A program made the position numbers and the translations under genes. From a virus, in IMG/VR virus record IMGVR_UViG_3300035698_014118, positions 1 to 64,000 of that record: 64,000 nucleotides of DNA; one strand, 5' to 3'. A model generated the notes under the pieces. It was given only the letters and a program-made list of their open reading frames with translations. It ran no database searches and was not told the origin of the DNA. Below are positions 30,201 through 39,747 of the stretch, in pieces (position 1 is the first letter of the stretch; each line of letters begins with the position of its first letter).

Positions 30201-31018
30201 ATTGGACACTAGGATTCTTTGGCGATCCTTTGGTATCGTTTATATTCCCTGGTCGAGCGACATTCACTGAAACTTTAGAAGAACCAGACGAATCGGAATC
30301 TTGGAATGAAATGAATGTAGATTTGGCTAAAGCTATATCCTATTACTACAAACGAGAAAATGATTTTATAGATATTAGAAACAGAATAGTATTTAGCACA
30401 GATGTAGCAACTGAAGTTGATTTACTATATCCTGCACAAGCTTTAGTTTTGAATAATGGATTGGATAAAAGACGCTCTATCTTTGGAAAAATATCTAGTG
30501 ATCTTTTGCAATTTGTTTCTGACAGATTAAGAAATGGTGTAAATGCAGAAGACCCACAGAGTGTAACTATAAACCAGTTCTTGGATTTCTCTGATTACAA
30601 ACTAAGCAGAGTAATCACAGAAAGCTCTCTGTACGATTACGGAGTAGAAGATGTTTATTTGTATGACGAAGGGTACTGGGAATTTGAAATAGATATACTC
30701 AATGATGATGAAGATGTATTTTCCAAATACTTCTTCGAACTAGATGTTTCTCTACAAGCGGACTTTTCTAATATTGTAGTAAGCGTAGATTCGTATGCCG
30801 ATACTACAAATTGGGAATATGAAAAATACGAAAATGAATTTGTTAACATTCCTAGTGATGGAGTGGGTTCTAACTATGCTAGTAGAAGAATAAAGTATAC
30901 AAGCCGACCATCTGATTATCTATTCAGAGGCGAGTTGTATTATTACAGAATTAGGCAAAAAACAACAGAAACTACTTATGGTACTTATAGGTATTTTAAC
31001 CAGATTATTTATACATAA
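27284..31018 (+). CDS. Right-handed beta-helix protein (GH141/pectin-lyase-like) fused to TIGR03790-like domain; probably virion-associated
   Basis: FVATNGDD..GDGS..NPY.TI.KA; FRQLYVNGRRATRA; beta-helix repeats; GRIDAPT and GATLGESF...W....GDPL. Confidence 0.65.
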   Translation: MSAKIFVATNGDDAGGDGSFQNPYRTIDKARQALRDVDDKTNAVVILREGTYYISSTVEFDSGDAGVEDSPITYMSMAGETATISGGSIIYGTWEAMGSGIYRISTTLSFRQLYVNGRRATRAKSPYYLITKYEPIIEGDVVTNGISGRIIVPQEQVTIYSNLIGVEMKLKRKWAQHTLRIASIDNDVRAGDVVSDTSNYRAISFEAEETAILPVFKLRANVDYYFFEHAQEFLTDTDEWWLDDANNYLYYKPVIGETITESDFIVPVVENLIHFNGTTNIVIQGIEFQHASWERPSDEGFLGQQGGFYETSTVFYGGALYVPESAIQINNSTNIKLYKCRVEHCGGCGIGFGKYSDDNIISWCHIEDISCIGICIAPFTDDVSTTLLTLDNISVTNTIVKYIGKNYYGSTGIFCPYTTNTTINHNEISYTPYTSIHGSLGNSDEENNLYEYNHIHHFMSETADGAAMYCSGAVIFDNLKWRYNYIHDVVISDYSSAPGGAHAAWYCDQIGSSGIELAYSIANMNYVGTANVTALWAYWAGNDVHDLEYDVTANEIAYNAGPQYTIIRPNDTYRLNYGEIVKFVGEDGEQAYVVINGVKYTVKNESGVAVWYLGDEKQYTFSSLGSSFTGDADAQPYQVTYAAEGSFILEISTATSELVNGTVVAYRENDSDSEAFADEYLEKWGLDSTHKISVQCSTTEILSSYSVFLSEVENPIIASIAVLPFTTLVIVLGFNVPGGFIDDGDIISSTSRISRILNAYSKKTENSMFDLKDFKRYTDITDNTDRGLIVGRIDAPTLSDALKIISFGQELRNQAQVTGRFYFDPYSNMSGSQASSYYDELNNFSTRVLPSLNLKTCSTTFVDPYVDVVLPYLQHDAFSWSWFTDRTDLSFFRDTDTARAFLYNADYDGGYTLRSTEEGYWVPFALSSGYVSAAGALSDPSIDGFLRPTPFFIALLQGATLGESFLYSTPFLDWTLGFFGDPLVSFIFPGRATFTETLEEPDESESWNEMNVDLAKAISYYYKRENDFIDIRNRIVFSTDVATEVDLLYPAQALVLNNGLDKRRSIFGKISSDLLQFVSDRLRNGVNAEDPQSVTINQFLDFSDYKLSRVITESSLYDYGVEDVYLYDEGYWEFEIDILNDDEDVFSKYFFELDVSLQADFSNIVVSVDSYADTTNWEYEKYENEFVNIPSDGVGSNYASRRIKYTSRPSDYLFRGELYYYRIRQKTTETTYGTYRYFNQIIYT

Positions 31019-31019
31019 T

Positions 31020-32273
31020 ATGACTTCCGAATTAAACAAAAAACTTGAAAACAATAATGTGCAAATTGGACAGAAGTTCGCAGACGTTTCTGATCGTATA
31101 AACATTACTATTGATGAAGATAATATTATACCTAAAGTTGTTATTCCTAATCCTTTATTCCCGCTTGTGCTGTATACTCCTGGATATTGGGCAAGTATGT
31201 ATAGTTTAGATAATGGAGGTTCTATTGCAACCGCACAAGCTTCTCAATATCTTGAAAACTTATTAAATATAGGTGTGACGACAACAATGTTGAATGAATC
31301 GGTAAATGAAGTAATATATGAAGAAGTACTTAATTGGGGAGCAAATTTAATACGTTCATATGATATGACTGTCGGCCTTTTTGTGTATCCTTTTCATCAT
31401 GGATGGAATGGAAATGATTCAATGTCTCCTGACGGTGCAACTTGGGGAGGAGATACTAGTAAACATATGGAAGTCTACCATACTTCATATATTCTTGGAG
31501 CTTCGTACTATAATGCAGTATGCCCTGGTTATAGAGGAACATTATATCAATCTACATTGAATCGTTTGACTGCATATGTAGCAGCATGTAATCCATCTTT
31601 TATATATTCTGATGATGAGTTGTTTAGAGCACCTGGTACTGTTGAAAATTCAGACCCTGGAATTATTGCTACTTGCACTAGATGTGGTTCTGTGGAAAAG
31701 CACACACAAAATCATAAAGATATTGCAACAGCTATGGTAACTATAGCAGCCTCTGCGAGTAACAATCCTGAAGGAGTATGTATGTTTTATGGAGGATATT
31801 ATGGAGGTTTAACATGGCCCTGTGATGTAGGAAGTGCATTTAGTCCTCAAATGTACTATTTATCAGATCCTGCATATTATGCTCCATATGAAAATCCTTT
31901 AGATGCTTTAAGGGAACGATGTCGTAATGGTTTTAGAACTCAATACAGATATCCCTGGATCGGTGTTTCTGGTGCTTTTCCCAGTACAGATTTATATCAA
32001 ATGAAAGCCGGTTTTGACATAGATGTACCTCCAGATGGTACTAGCGGATATTACAAAACTATAAATGATTTTTATGATATATGTACAGTAATAGCAGAAG
32101 AAGGAGCACATGGAATTTACGTATCCCCAGGACCGGCTGGTTTTATATCTTACAAACCAGGATATTCCGAATACTGGGAATCTTATAGATTAAATCTTTT
32201 AAAAACTGCTATAGAAGCATTTAGTAATCACTATAATATTACTTATAGAACTAATATATCAACGCTAATTTAA
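31020..32273 (+). CDS. Hypothetical protein, possibly glycoside-hydrolase-like barrel
   Basis: Long Tyr/Gly-rich ORF; start set at ATG 31020, just after the upstream stop. Confidence 0.45.
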   Translation: MTSELNKKLENNNVQIGQKFADVSDRINITIDEDNIIPKVVIPNPLFPLVLYTPGYWASMYSLDNGGSIATAQASQYLENLLNIGVTTTMLNESVNEVIYEEVLNWGANLIRSYDMTVGLFVYPFHHGWNGNDSMSPDGATWGGDTSKHMEVYHTSYILGASYYNAVCPGYRGTLYQSTLNRLTAYVAACNPSFIYSDDELFRAPGTVENSDPGIIATCTRCGSVEKHTQNHKDIATAMVTIAASASNNPEGVCMFYGGYYGGLTWPCDVGSAFSPQMYYLSDPAYYAPYENPLDALRERCRNGFRTQYRYPWIGVSGAFPSTDLYQMKAGFDIDVPPDGTSGYYKTINDFYDICTVIAEEGAHGIYVSPGPAGFISYKPGYSEYWESYRLNLLKTAIEAFSNHYNITYRTNISTLI

Positions 32274-32343
32274 AAAGTCAAGAAGTTAAATTATCTAAAG
32301 TTTTCTAGAGGTTATATCTGAATAAAACCAGAATGATATTATC

Positions 32344-32610
32344 ATGCTAAGTACAACAGATTATCAATATATAACTGACAAAATTGCTGATGCCCAGCAA
32401 CAAAGCTATAATTCTTTAGAAGCTTTATCTTCTATACTTTTATCTTTGAGTTATTTAACTAGTACTGCTGTTAATTCAATACCAGAAAATTTTACTCTTC
32501 ATACTCAGAATGCTTATAGTTATATAGTAACCTATGACATATTAGATAGCAGATTGATGCATGATATGACAAAAGCTCTTCAGAATCATATTCTTGTTCA
32601 TTGGGATTAA
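32344..32610 (+). CDS. Hypothetical protein
   Basis: 88-aa ORF. Confidence 0.5.
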   Translation: MLSTTDYQYITDKIADAQQQSYNSLEALSSILLSLSYLTSTAVNSIPENFTLHTQNAYSYIVTYDILDSRLMHDMTKALQNHILVHWD

Positions 32611-32657
32611 AATGACTCTATTGAAGGAGTAATGTAGTTATTACATAAGAAACAATT

Positions 32658-34535
32658 ATGCCAAGAAAGAAGTATAAATCTGTACAAGACATGGTAGATA
32701 CCATGAAGCAAACAATACAGCCTGTTGCTTCTAAAGGTCTTCCAGACATTATGACTTTTTGCGAGAGCAAAAATTATCTAGGACTTCCACATCTAACCAA
32801 CCCTATTAATCTTTATCCTGCGCAAAGGATAATTCTAAAAGCTTTCTATAGAGGCTCTATAGGAAATGAGAATATATTTTTGACGGATGAAGAAACAGAG
32901 CTATGTGAACAATGGGGTTTAAATTGTGCAGACAACGGAGATGTTTTAGGGAAATACGAAAATGATGAAATATTTCGTGAACTAGTATTAGTCTGGGGAC
33001 GACGTTCAGGTAAAGACTTTATATCTAGTATCGTAGCTTTGTACGAAGCTGCAAGACTTCTTGAATGCGAAGGTGGTGATCCGTATGCCATCTATAAAAT
33101 ATCTTCAGCTAACCCTATTACAATTCTTACCGTTGCTACTGCTGGCGGTCAGGCTAATATTGCATTTAGAGAAATTAAAGAAAAACTTCTTGGTAGCAAA
33201 TATTTCGCTGATAAGCTTCTAAAAGATGGTATAGGAACTTCTCAAATTTGGCTTATGACACCAAAGGACAAAAAAGACAATGAACTCTTTACTAAGAAGG
33301 GTTTGCCTTTGAAAAAGGGTTCTATCTGTATAGAAGTAGGTCATAGTAACTCTGACTCTTTGTTGGGTAAAGGTATTTTTGTTCTTATTCTTGATGAAGT
33401 TGCAGCTTATAAACAAACAGGAAGTTCTTCTTCAGGCGAACGTATTTATACAGCTTTGACTCCTGCACTTAATACATATATGAGGAGAATACCTGTTCTA
33501 GATAAAAATGGTCAACCTATTTTAGATGAAGATGGAGAAGTTAAAAAAAGAATAATCTATGACAGTAAAATCGTAAGCATCTCTTCTCCTAGAGGTAAAG
33601 AAGGTATATTCTGGAAGTTGTTTACAGAAGACAAAGAAGTTCCTACTAGAATGTCATGTAGGCTACCGACTTGGATCGTTAATCCATTACAGGATAAAGA
33701 AAGGCTTAGAGGAAGTGCTTCTAGCATGACTGAGGAAGAGTTCTATATGGAATATGGTGCTGAGTTCTCAGGTACTGCTGGTGAAAACTTCTTCCCTAAA
33801 GATTCAGTAGAAAAATGCTTCTTAAAAGGAAAAAGATTATCTGAAATAGGAAAACCGGGTTTTGCTTATTTTGCTCATTTGGACCCTGCTAGAACAAGTC
33901 ATAACTATGCATTAGTTGTAGTTCATAGAGAGAATTTTATGAACGAAGAAACAATGAAAACAGATTTCTATATTGTTGTAGATCATATAAAATATTGGCA
34001 TCCTTTACCGGGAAAACCAGTACAAGTTGAAGAAGTTAATGAATATGTTTTGAATCTTAGAAGAAGATTTAATTTAGTTCTAGTTACATACGATCAGTGG
34101 AATTCATCAGAGAGCATAAAGCTGTTAAGAAAACGAGGTATGCCAGCAAAATGTACCCAGTTTAACAAAAACTACAAAATTGCCATTTATGACGAACTTT
34201 ACAATATGGTTGTGGGTGGAAGATTAAAAATACCTTATCATAAACTTATGTCAGATGAGATGGTTCATTTACAAAGAAAATATACGCATAATGGATACAA
34301 GGTTTATCCGATGACAGAGGGAGATGTCAGGACAGATGATTTAGTAGATGCATTAGCTGGTGCATGTTATAACACTGTTAATGCGTATGTCAATAGATTA
34401 CCTACTGGCAAGCTAGTTCATACAGGTATAGTTCCATCAAACAATGAAAGAATGTGGCAGGGGATGCAGGGACCGATTGGATACGGTTCTGGTAAGCAAG
34501 TAGCAAGAAGGCTAGAAAGTAGAAAGCCTTTTTAG
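32658..34535 (+). CDS. terL: Terminase large subunit
   Basis: Walker A WGRRSGKD; Walker B LILDE; ISSPRG; nuclease HLDPA, TYDQW, DDLVDA. Confidence 0.9.
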   Translation: MPRKKYKSVQDMVDTMKQTIQPVASKGLPDIMTFCESKNYLGLPHLTNPINLYPAQRIILKAFYRGSIGNENIFLTDEETELCEQWGLNCADNGDVLGKYENDEIFRELVLVWGRRSGKDFISSIVALYEAARLLECEGGDPYAIYKISSANPITILTVATAGGQANIAFREIKEKLLGSKYFADKLLKDGIGTSQIWLMTPKDKKDNELFTKKGLPLKKGSICIEVGHSNSDSLLGKGIFVLILDEVAAYKQTGSSSSGERIYTALTPALNTYMRRIPVLDKNGQPILDEDGEVKKRIIYDSKIVSISSPRGKEGIFWKLFTEDKEVPTRMSCRLPTWIVNPLQDKERLRGSASSMTEEEFYMEYGAEFSGTAGENFFPKDSVEKCFLKGKRLSEIGKPGFAYFAHLDPARTSHNYALVVVHRENFMNEETMKTDFYIVVDHIKYWHPLPGKPVQVEEVNEYVLNLRRRFNLVLVTYDQWNSSESIKLLRKRGMPAKCTQFNKNYKIAIYDELYNMVVGGRLKIPYHKLMSDEMVHLQRKYTHNGYKVYPMTEGDVRTDDLVDALAGACYNTVNAYVNRLPTGKLVHTGIVPSNNERMWQGMQGPIGYGSGKQVARRLESRKPF

Positions 34536-34606
34536 TTAAAAATAAAGATAGATTTCATAAAGGTTATTGACTAACTGTACAGTAATGTTATGAAAAGGAA
34601 ACCACT

Positions 34607-35683
34607 ATGACCTCAAAATTCAACTTAAACAAAAAGAAAGAAGCTCAGTCAGTTATTCATGAGAAAATGCTCAATACTAACAGAGATAGTCATGATACCA
34701 AAGCTAATGATGATACTGGTAATTTGGATTGGCTATTAAAGGACGTTAGAAAAAATGACGCTGGTGATAAGATTCAAGAAAAACGTCTCGAAGATGTACG
34801 CGTTAGTAATGATAATGACATGATTATAGAGGGCGAACTCAACTCTGAAAAAGGTACTCTTAATAAGTTAAGAGTTAGTGACGATGAGTCTAAACCTCTT
34901 ATGGATTATGCTATTCAATATGATATTGAAAGAGAAAAGGCTTTCAAAGAAGCTGATGATGTTGGCAAGAAGGATAGAGATACATCACTTTGGGACAAAT
35001 ATATTGGTGTTCAGTTGGATAACGAAAAGACTACTATAACCAATAATGTTCAACCAAGTCAGCTTTTATCTAACTATGATAGTAGAGAAGATATGTTTAA
35101 AAAAACCAAATCTAAAAAGGTTGCCCAGCTTATGACATCTTTGATGGATGCCGATGCTATGCTTTACCATATTTTCAGGACTGCATCGTCTGAAGGCAGA
35201 GAACTCGATAGCAATGAAACACATCAAATCCAAGATATTAATAGCGGGAAGATTAGAGTACTTGCTCAACTTGGTGAGGGATTTCCAAACGAAGCGGACT
35301 TTAATCCAGCAGAAAGATTAGAAGAAGATAGGTATGAAGCAACAGCATTGAGGGGAGAACAAGAAGAAGAGGTTGGGGAATCTAGAATATCAGCACTTCC
35401 AGATTGGGCCGAATATATGAAGGTAGATGAAGCGATAGAAACTTTACCTATTACAAATGCTACTAGACAAGAACTTTTAGATGCTATGCCTGATGCGTAT
35501 GCAGATGTTCCTTATTCAGAAACTCCTCCGGAGCCAGATGCAAATCCAGATAAGAAGCTTTCTAGAATTTGGGATGAATTAAGTCAAGCCGCTCAGAATG
35601 ATATTGTTCAGTCCTATGAGAGCGAAAACCTTGAACGAAAACAATGGACTGATCCTGTTGGCGGTCCTTTGCCGAGATTTTAA
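34607..35683 (+). CDS. Acidic head-module protein
   Basis: Starts MTSKFNLNKKKEAQ; internal KVAQ and VLAQ; I.EK.L repeats like those in the protease. Confidence 0.6.
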   Translation: MTSKFNLNKKKEAQSVIHEKMLNTNRDSHDTKANDDTGNLDWLLKDVRKNDAGDKIQEKRLEDVRVSNDNDMIIEGELNSEKGTLNKLRVSDDESKPLMDYAIQYDIEREKAFKEADDVGKKDRDTSLWDKYIGVQLDNEKTTITNNVQPSQLLSNYDSREDMFKKTKSKKVAQLMTSLMDADAMLYHIFRTASSEGRELDSNETHQIQDINSGKIRVLAQLGEGFPNEADFNPAERLEEDRYEATALRGEQEEEVGESRISALPDWAEYMKVDEAIETLPITNATRQELLDAMPDAYADVPYSETPPEPDANPDKKLSRIWDELSQAAQNDIVQSYESENLERKQWTDPVGGPLPRF

Positions 35684-35880
35684 TGAAAAAGATAACAACG
35701 AAACAATTTAAAGCGTCTGAAAATCTGAATGAACGCAAAGTTAGAGTACATACCTATATCGATATATGGGTACCTCGTTCTGGTGACGATTTGGCAGATC
35801 AAGAAGTTGCAAGAAGAAAAGCAGAAGAATACGTCATGGAAATACCAAATGCGTTCATCTCTGATGTGGATGCTTGGTAA
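35683..35880 (+). CDS. Small hypothetical protein
   Basis: TAATG-coupled to the upstream gene. Confidence 0.55.
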   Translation: MKKITTKQFKASENLNERKVRVHTYIDIWVPRSGDDLADQEVARRKAEEYVMEIPNAFISDVDAW

Positions 35881-35884
35881 TAAA

Positions 35885-36406
35885 ATGTCTTATAATCATT
35901 TCAAACATAAATTTGCATATACCTGTCTTCAATGTGGAAGACAGGTTTCTTATGTTATAGCTCATTCTGGATGTCCAGAATGTAGTCATTCTTTATTCAA
36001 AGTAGCTCGTAGAGGGACTGGTTATCCCAACGCATTTACTCCTCCTGATGAAGAAGAATTAAACCCATATAAACATGTTCCTATCATGACTCCGGGTGAT
36101 GAAGATGACGGCGGCGGTTTAGGAACTCGCGTAAGAGGCAAAGGGTTCCCGAAAGGTTGGACGGCAAACGATGAATATGAAGATCAACGCGATGATGATC
36201 TCCCAGAAGCCGATCATATGTTCATGGACGGTCCCCCGTGGGGCGAAGGAGTTAATGATGGTACATTTTATGATCCATCATCAGCACTAAGTAATGAACA
36301 AGCTACATCTGATGAACTATATAGAAAAACTCCTGTCGGTCCACATAATATGCAAAAAAATCGCAATGTTTTCGACAGAGTAAGAAAACAACAGAGAGGA
36401 ACGTAA
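35885..36406 (+). CDS. Zn-ribbon-containing hypothetical protein (start moved to 35885)
   Basis: CLQC...CPEC flanked by KFA and KVA motifs. Confidence 0.55.
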   Translation: MSYNHFKHKFAYTCLQCGRQVSYVIAHSGCPECSHSLFKVARRGTGYPNAFTPPDEEELNPYKHVPIMTPGDEDDGGGLGTRVRGKGFPKGWTANDEYEDQRDDDLPEADHMFMDGPPWGEGVNDGTFYDPSSALSNEQATSDELYRKTPVGPHNMQKNRNVFDRVRKQQRGT

Positions 36407-36407
36407 A

Positions 36408-37157
36408 ATGCCTAAAGTTAAGATTCCATCTACATTCAAAGGTGAGTTTCTATTCCCCGGTTCTGTTAATACCATGTTCGCTGGTCAGGTAAAGACACTA
36501 AGTGACAATGAATTTAATTCTGGCAATATACAACTTGCTATACAGCGAGGATTGCTAGAAGTAGTAGTAGAAGAAAAAGCCCCCAAAAAAAAAGTTAAAA
36601 AAGTAATTGCTGAAGATTTAGTCAAGAAACCGCGAGTTGCAGATGACGATGGTAATGATGTCGATCCAGAATATAAAGAAGACGATCCTATTACAAACAT
36701 GTCAACCTGGGACCCCGCTCAAGGACTTCTTGATAAAGATAAAAGTGGTTCTAAAACCATGAAAAATCTTAAAGCTACTGTAGCAGATTCTACTGTTTCA
36801 GAAGAAATTCAAGCTGGCGAAGTTGATTTCTCTAAAAAGTCGAAAAAGAAGACTACGAAAAAATCTACTGCAAAGAAGAAAGCTTCAAAGAAAAAAGCAA
36901 CTACAAAGAAATCCGCAAAAAAAAAGAATACTAAGTCATTAAGCAAAGCTGCTAAAGCTGTAGCCGAAGTAGCCGAAGGCGCAAAAAAACAAAGAAAGTC
37001 TTTGAATCCTGTTGGAACGAAGCGAAATAATAATGAAAGTTTAATTTCTGGCAATGAACCAGAAGGTATTGGCTTTGTAGATGAAGAACAGGAGAAGGAA
37101 AGGTTACAGAATCATCCTGTATTGCGCGATGCTCAAATGAACGAAGAAGTAGACTAA
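36408..37157 (+). CDS. Hypothetical protein with histone-H1-like Lys-rich segment
   Basis: KKSKKKTTKKSTAKKKASKKKATTKK tract. Confidence 0.6.
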   Translation: MPKVKIPSTFKGEFLFPGSVNTMFAGQVKTLSDNEFNSGNIQLAIQRGLLEVVVEEKAPKKKVKKVIAEDLVKKPRVADDDGNDVDPEYKEDDPITNMSTWDPAQGLLDKDKSGSKTMKNLKATVADSTVSEEIQAGEVDFSKKSKKKTTKKSTAKKKASKKKATTKKSAKKKNTKSLSKAAKAVAEVAEGAKKQRKSLNPVGTKRNNNESLISGNEPEGIGFVDEEQEKERLQNHPVLRDAQMNEEVD

Positions 37158-37175
37158 TGCGTATAGTCGAATATA

Positions 37176-37994
37176 ATGGAAACGATTTGGGAAACATTGC
37201 AGAAAGAGCTTGCCGTTTACGGAATTAAGCTTGTTGATTCCGATCTATGCGAATGTACTAAATCGGGTAAAAAAGTTAAAATGCCGATCCGGTACAAGAT
37301 TCGACTTCTAAACAAATCTATTAGACATAATATCTCTGTTCTTGAAGACTTGATCAATAGTCTTTTAGAGCTTTTAGAAGAACGAGCAGATTGTAACTTC
37401 CCTTCAAACAAAATAGTTGATATCAGGGAAATTAATCTATTTGTAAATTCTATAACAAGCTTTGCTGATTTTGTAAAGTTCATATTAGAACAATATGAAG
37501 AATGCATCACTGGTATAGATATAGAAAAAGCTAAGAGAACTATTCAATTAGCTTTAAACACTGACAGTAAATCATTTCAAAGACTAGCAATCCAATGTGT
37601 ACCTAGTTATAAAATATCTATTGATTGGATTCATAGAGTTGTTTGTCAACTTCATTACATTAAAAAACTGCTTAGGTTTGCATCAACTGGTCAGGAGAAT
37701 GTAAATGGATTACAAACAAAATTTGCTGATGGAGTTCAGGGTCCATGGTCTAATCTTGATTTGCCAAGACAAGAAAGAGAATTTTCATGGACCGATATAG
37801 AAGAAGAAGTAAGAGGCAGAGATCGCGATATCCGCAGACAACGAAGATATAGAATGGGATTAGAAAATTACAATAACGATGGTCGTGTAGGAGACGGGTA
37901 CAATTGGAGAGAAATAAGGAACGAACCGTTTTCATGGAATGACAGAAGTACTGATAGTCCTTATCCTGGCAGGAGTATACTTTCAAAGTATTAA
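37176..37994 (+). CDS. Hypothetical head-module protein
   Basis: 272-aa ORF; QTKFA|DG motif. Confidence 0.6.
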   Translation: METIWETLQKELAVYGIKLVDSDLCECTKSGKKVKMPIRYKIRLLNKSIRHNISVLEDLINSLLELLEERADCNFPSNKIVDIREINLFVNSITSFADFVKFILEQYEECITGIDIEKAKRTIQLALNTDSKSFQRLAIQCVPSYKISIDWIHRVVCQLHYIKKLLRFASTGQENVNGLQTKFADGVQGPWSNLDLPRQEREFSWTDIEEEVRGRDRDIRRQRRYRMGLENYNNDGRVGDGYNWREIRNEPFSWNDRSTDSPYPGRSILSKY

Positions 37995-37999
37995 AAAAA

Positions 38000-38419
38000 A
38001 TGGAAAAAATAAATCAATCAATTGTAGACATTTTTCTACAACACTTAGAGATGGTTAAGAAGAATACGAATAAAAGTGGCGATCTAGGAAATGAAGCCGC
38101 AATGAATTTGTATAAGGTGTGGAAGAATCAAGAAAACAAATTGTCTGATACTATATACAAAAGACCTGTAACTATGTCTCTTGAAGAAATAAATAATCTA
38201 CAAAAAAGTGGACTAGTACGTAATCTCGGAGACAGGTTTGAAGTTACTGCTAAAGGTGCAAAGATAATTAAAATCATGATATTGGGCGATGACGGTTCTG
38301 TCTTTGATAAAAATAAAAGCCAAATAACTTATGCTGAAGCCGTTGCTAATACAAAAGAGCGTTCTATTAAGACATCTAAGAAACAAGAAGATAGCTGGTG
38401 GACGCAAGCTTTAAAATAA
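38000..38419 (+). CDS. Hypothetical protein (winged-helix-like)
   Basis: L.K.GLV......EVT.KG pattern. Confidence 0.55.
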   Translation: MEKINQSIVDIFLQHLEMVKKNTNKSGDLGNEAAMNLYKVWKNQENKLSDTIYKRPVTMSLEEINNLQKSGLVRNLGDRFEVTAKGAKIIKIMILGDDGSVFDKNKSQITYAEAVANTKERSIKTSKKQEDSWWTQALK

Positions 38420-38421
38420 CT

Positions 38422-38826
38422 ATGTCTATAACGATATTACTTTTTGATAAAGAAGAAAACAGTACCAATAAGGTCAAGGTTGAAAAAAAGCTTCTTTGGT
38501 ATGACAATGACTATCACGAAATGCTTACTTTTAAAGGTGGAGCATTAGATTTAGTTCATAAAGTTTTTGATAAAAAGCGTAAAAGGTTTGTTCCTAAAGT
38601 AATAGATATTTTTGAAAATACTAATAGTAGAATTAAAAGTAAGAAAGCTTTGTTGGATTGGTTTGATAAGTATTCTGGATATAACCCAATAAAAGCCTCT
38701 GAAGCAGAACCTACATCAGATGGAGTATTGATATCTTTAGCTGATAATACAACTAGGGATAAAGAAGAAATAGATAATTTTATTTACGAGTTGGAAAGAA
38801 ACAATATCAAGTATAGGATCGAATAA
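38422..38826 (+). CDS. Hypothetical protein
   Basis: ORF, start set after the upstream stop. Confidence 0.55.
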   Translation: MSITILLFDKEENSTNKVKVEKKLLWYDNDYHEMLTFKGGALDLVHKVFDKKRKRFVPKVIDIFENTNSRIKSKKALLDWFDKYSGYNPIKASEAEPTSDGVLISLADNTTRDKEEIDNFIYELERNNIKYRIE

Positions 38827-39191
38827 TGTTATATGTAGAAGTGGCAGAGACACCACATCAACTTGAAACTGGACTTATGTTCAGAACTACATTAGCTGAA
38901 GACAGTGGGATGCTATTTAAGTTTTCTAGACCCGATGTAAGAAACTTTTGGGGTATGAATACTTATATTCCTTTAGACATAGCTTTTGTTTCTGAAGATG
39001 GAAAAATCATTAAGATTGATAGAATATCTCCATTTTCCTCTAGAGCCGTATCCAGTGATTCCGATTGTGTTATAGCTATAGAAGCAAATGAAGGTTTCTT
39101 CATTAAAAATGACATTGGTATAGGCGATGCGATTTCAATAGATAATGATGACATCGGTTCTATTGTTTTGTTTGAAAAAAACAAAGGATAA
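38826..39191 (+). CDS. DUF192 family protein
   Basis: VEVAETP....GLMFR..L....GMLF.F; FWGMNTYIPLDIAF; AIEANEG. Confidence 0.85.
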   Translation: MLYVEVAETPHQLETGLMFRTTLAEDSGMLFKFSRPDVRNFWGMNTYIPLDIAFVSEDGKIIKIDRISPFSSRAVSSDSDCVIAIEANEGFFIKNDIGIGDAISIDNDDIGSIVLFEKNKG

Positions 39192-39218
39192 ACCGGTCTT
39201 TTTTTTTACCTTATACCA

Positions 39219-39737
39219 GTGAAGAATATAGCTACTAAAAAATACGTTAAATGGGTTCAAGCTCAAAGAATCATCGATTGGGATGATCCTGACGCTGGAC
39301 CTGTAAATATAAACGAATTTTTTGTAGATCAAGAAGAAGCTGATCTTCCTGTTATACGAGAAGAAGATTTAGGGCAAATACTTGAAGACGATTTAGAACT
39401 TGGAGAAGAAGCAGTACCTGAAGGTGCACCAGTTACTGACGTAAAACCAGAAGTACCACCAGAAGATAGACCACAATTTAATAATAAGCATGAAGCTTTA
39501 GCTTGGGCCGAAGATAATAATGAGGTTGTTGAAATAAATTATACGACTAAAGGTGGTACTAACTTAATAAGAGAAGTAGAACCTCATGGTAAATTCTATG
39601 CTCATACAACGCATAGAAATATACTTGTAACTTTTGATAGATCGATAAATGCTATAAGGGCATTTATTATTAAAAACGTGAATACTTTGGATTTTACTGG
39701 AAAGAGGTTCCAGAAAAAGTTTGTAGTTAAAAGTTAA
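39219..39737 (+). CDS. Protein with C-terminal WYL-like domain
   Basis: VEINYTTKGG....REVEPH ... AIRAFII..V. Confidence 0.6.
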   Translation: MKNIATKKYVKWVQAQRIIDWDDPDAGPVNINEFFVDQEEADLPVIREEDLGQILEDDLELGEEAVPEGAPVTDVKPEVPPEDRPQFNNKHEALAWAEDNNEVVEINYTTKGGTNLIREVEPHGKFYAHTTHRNILVTFDRSINAIRAFIIKNVNTLDFTGKRFQKKFVVKS

Positions 39738-39747
39738 GGGAGAAGTT

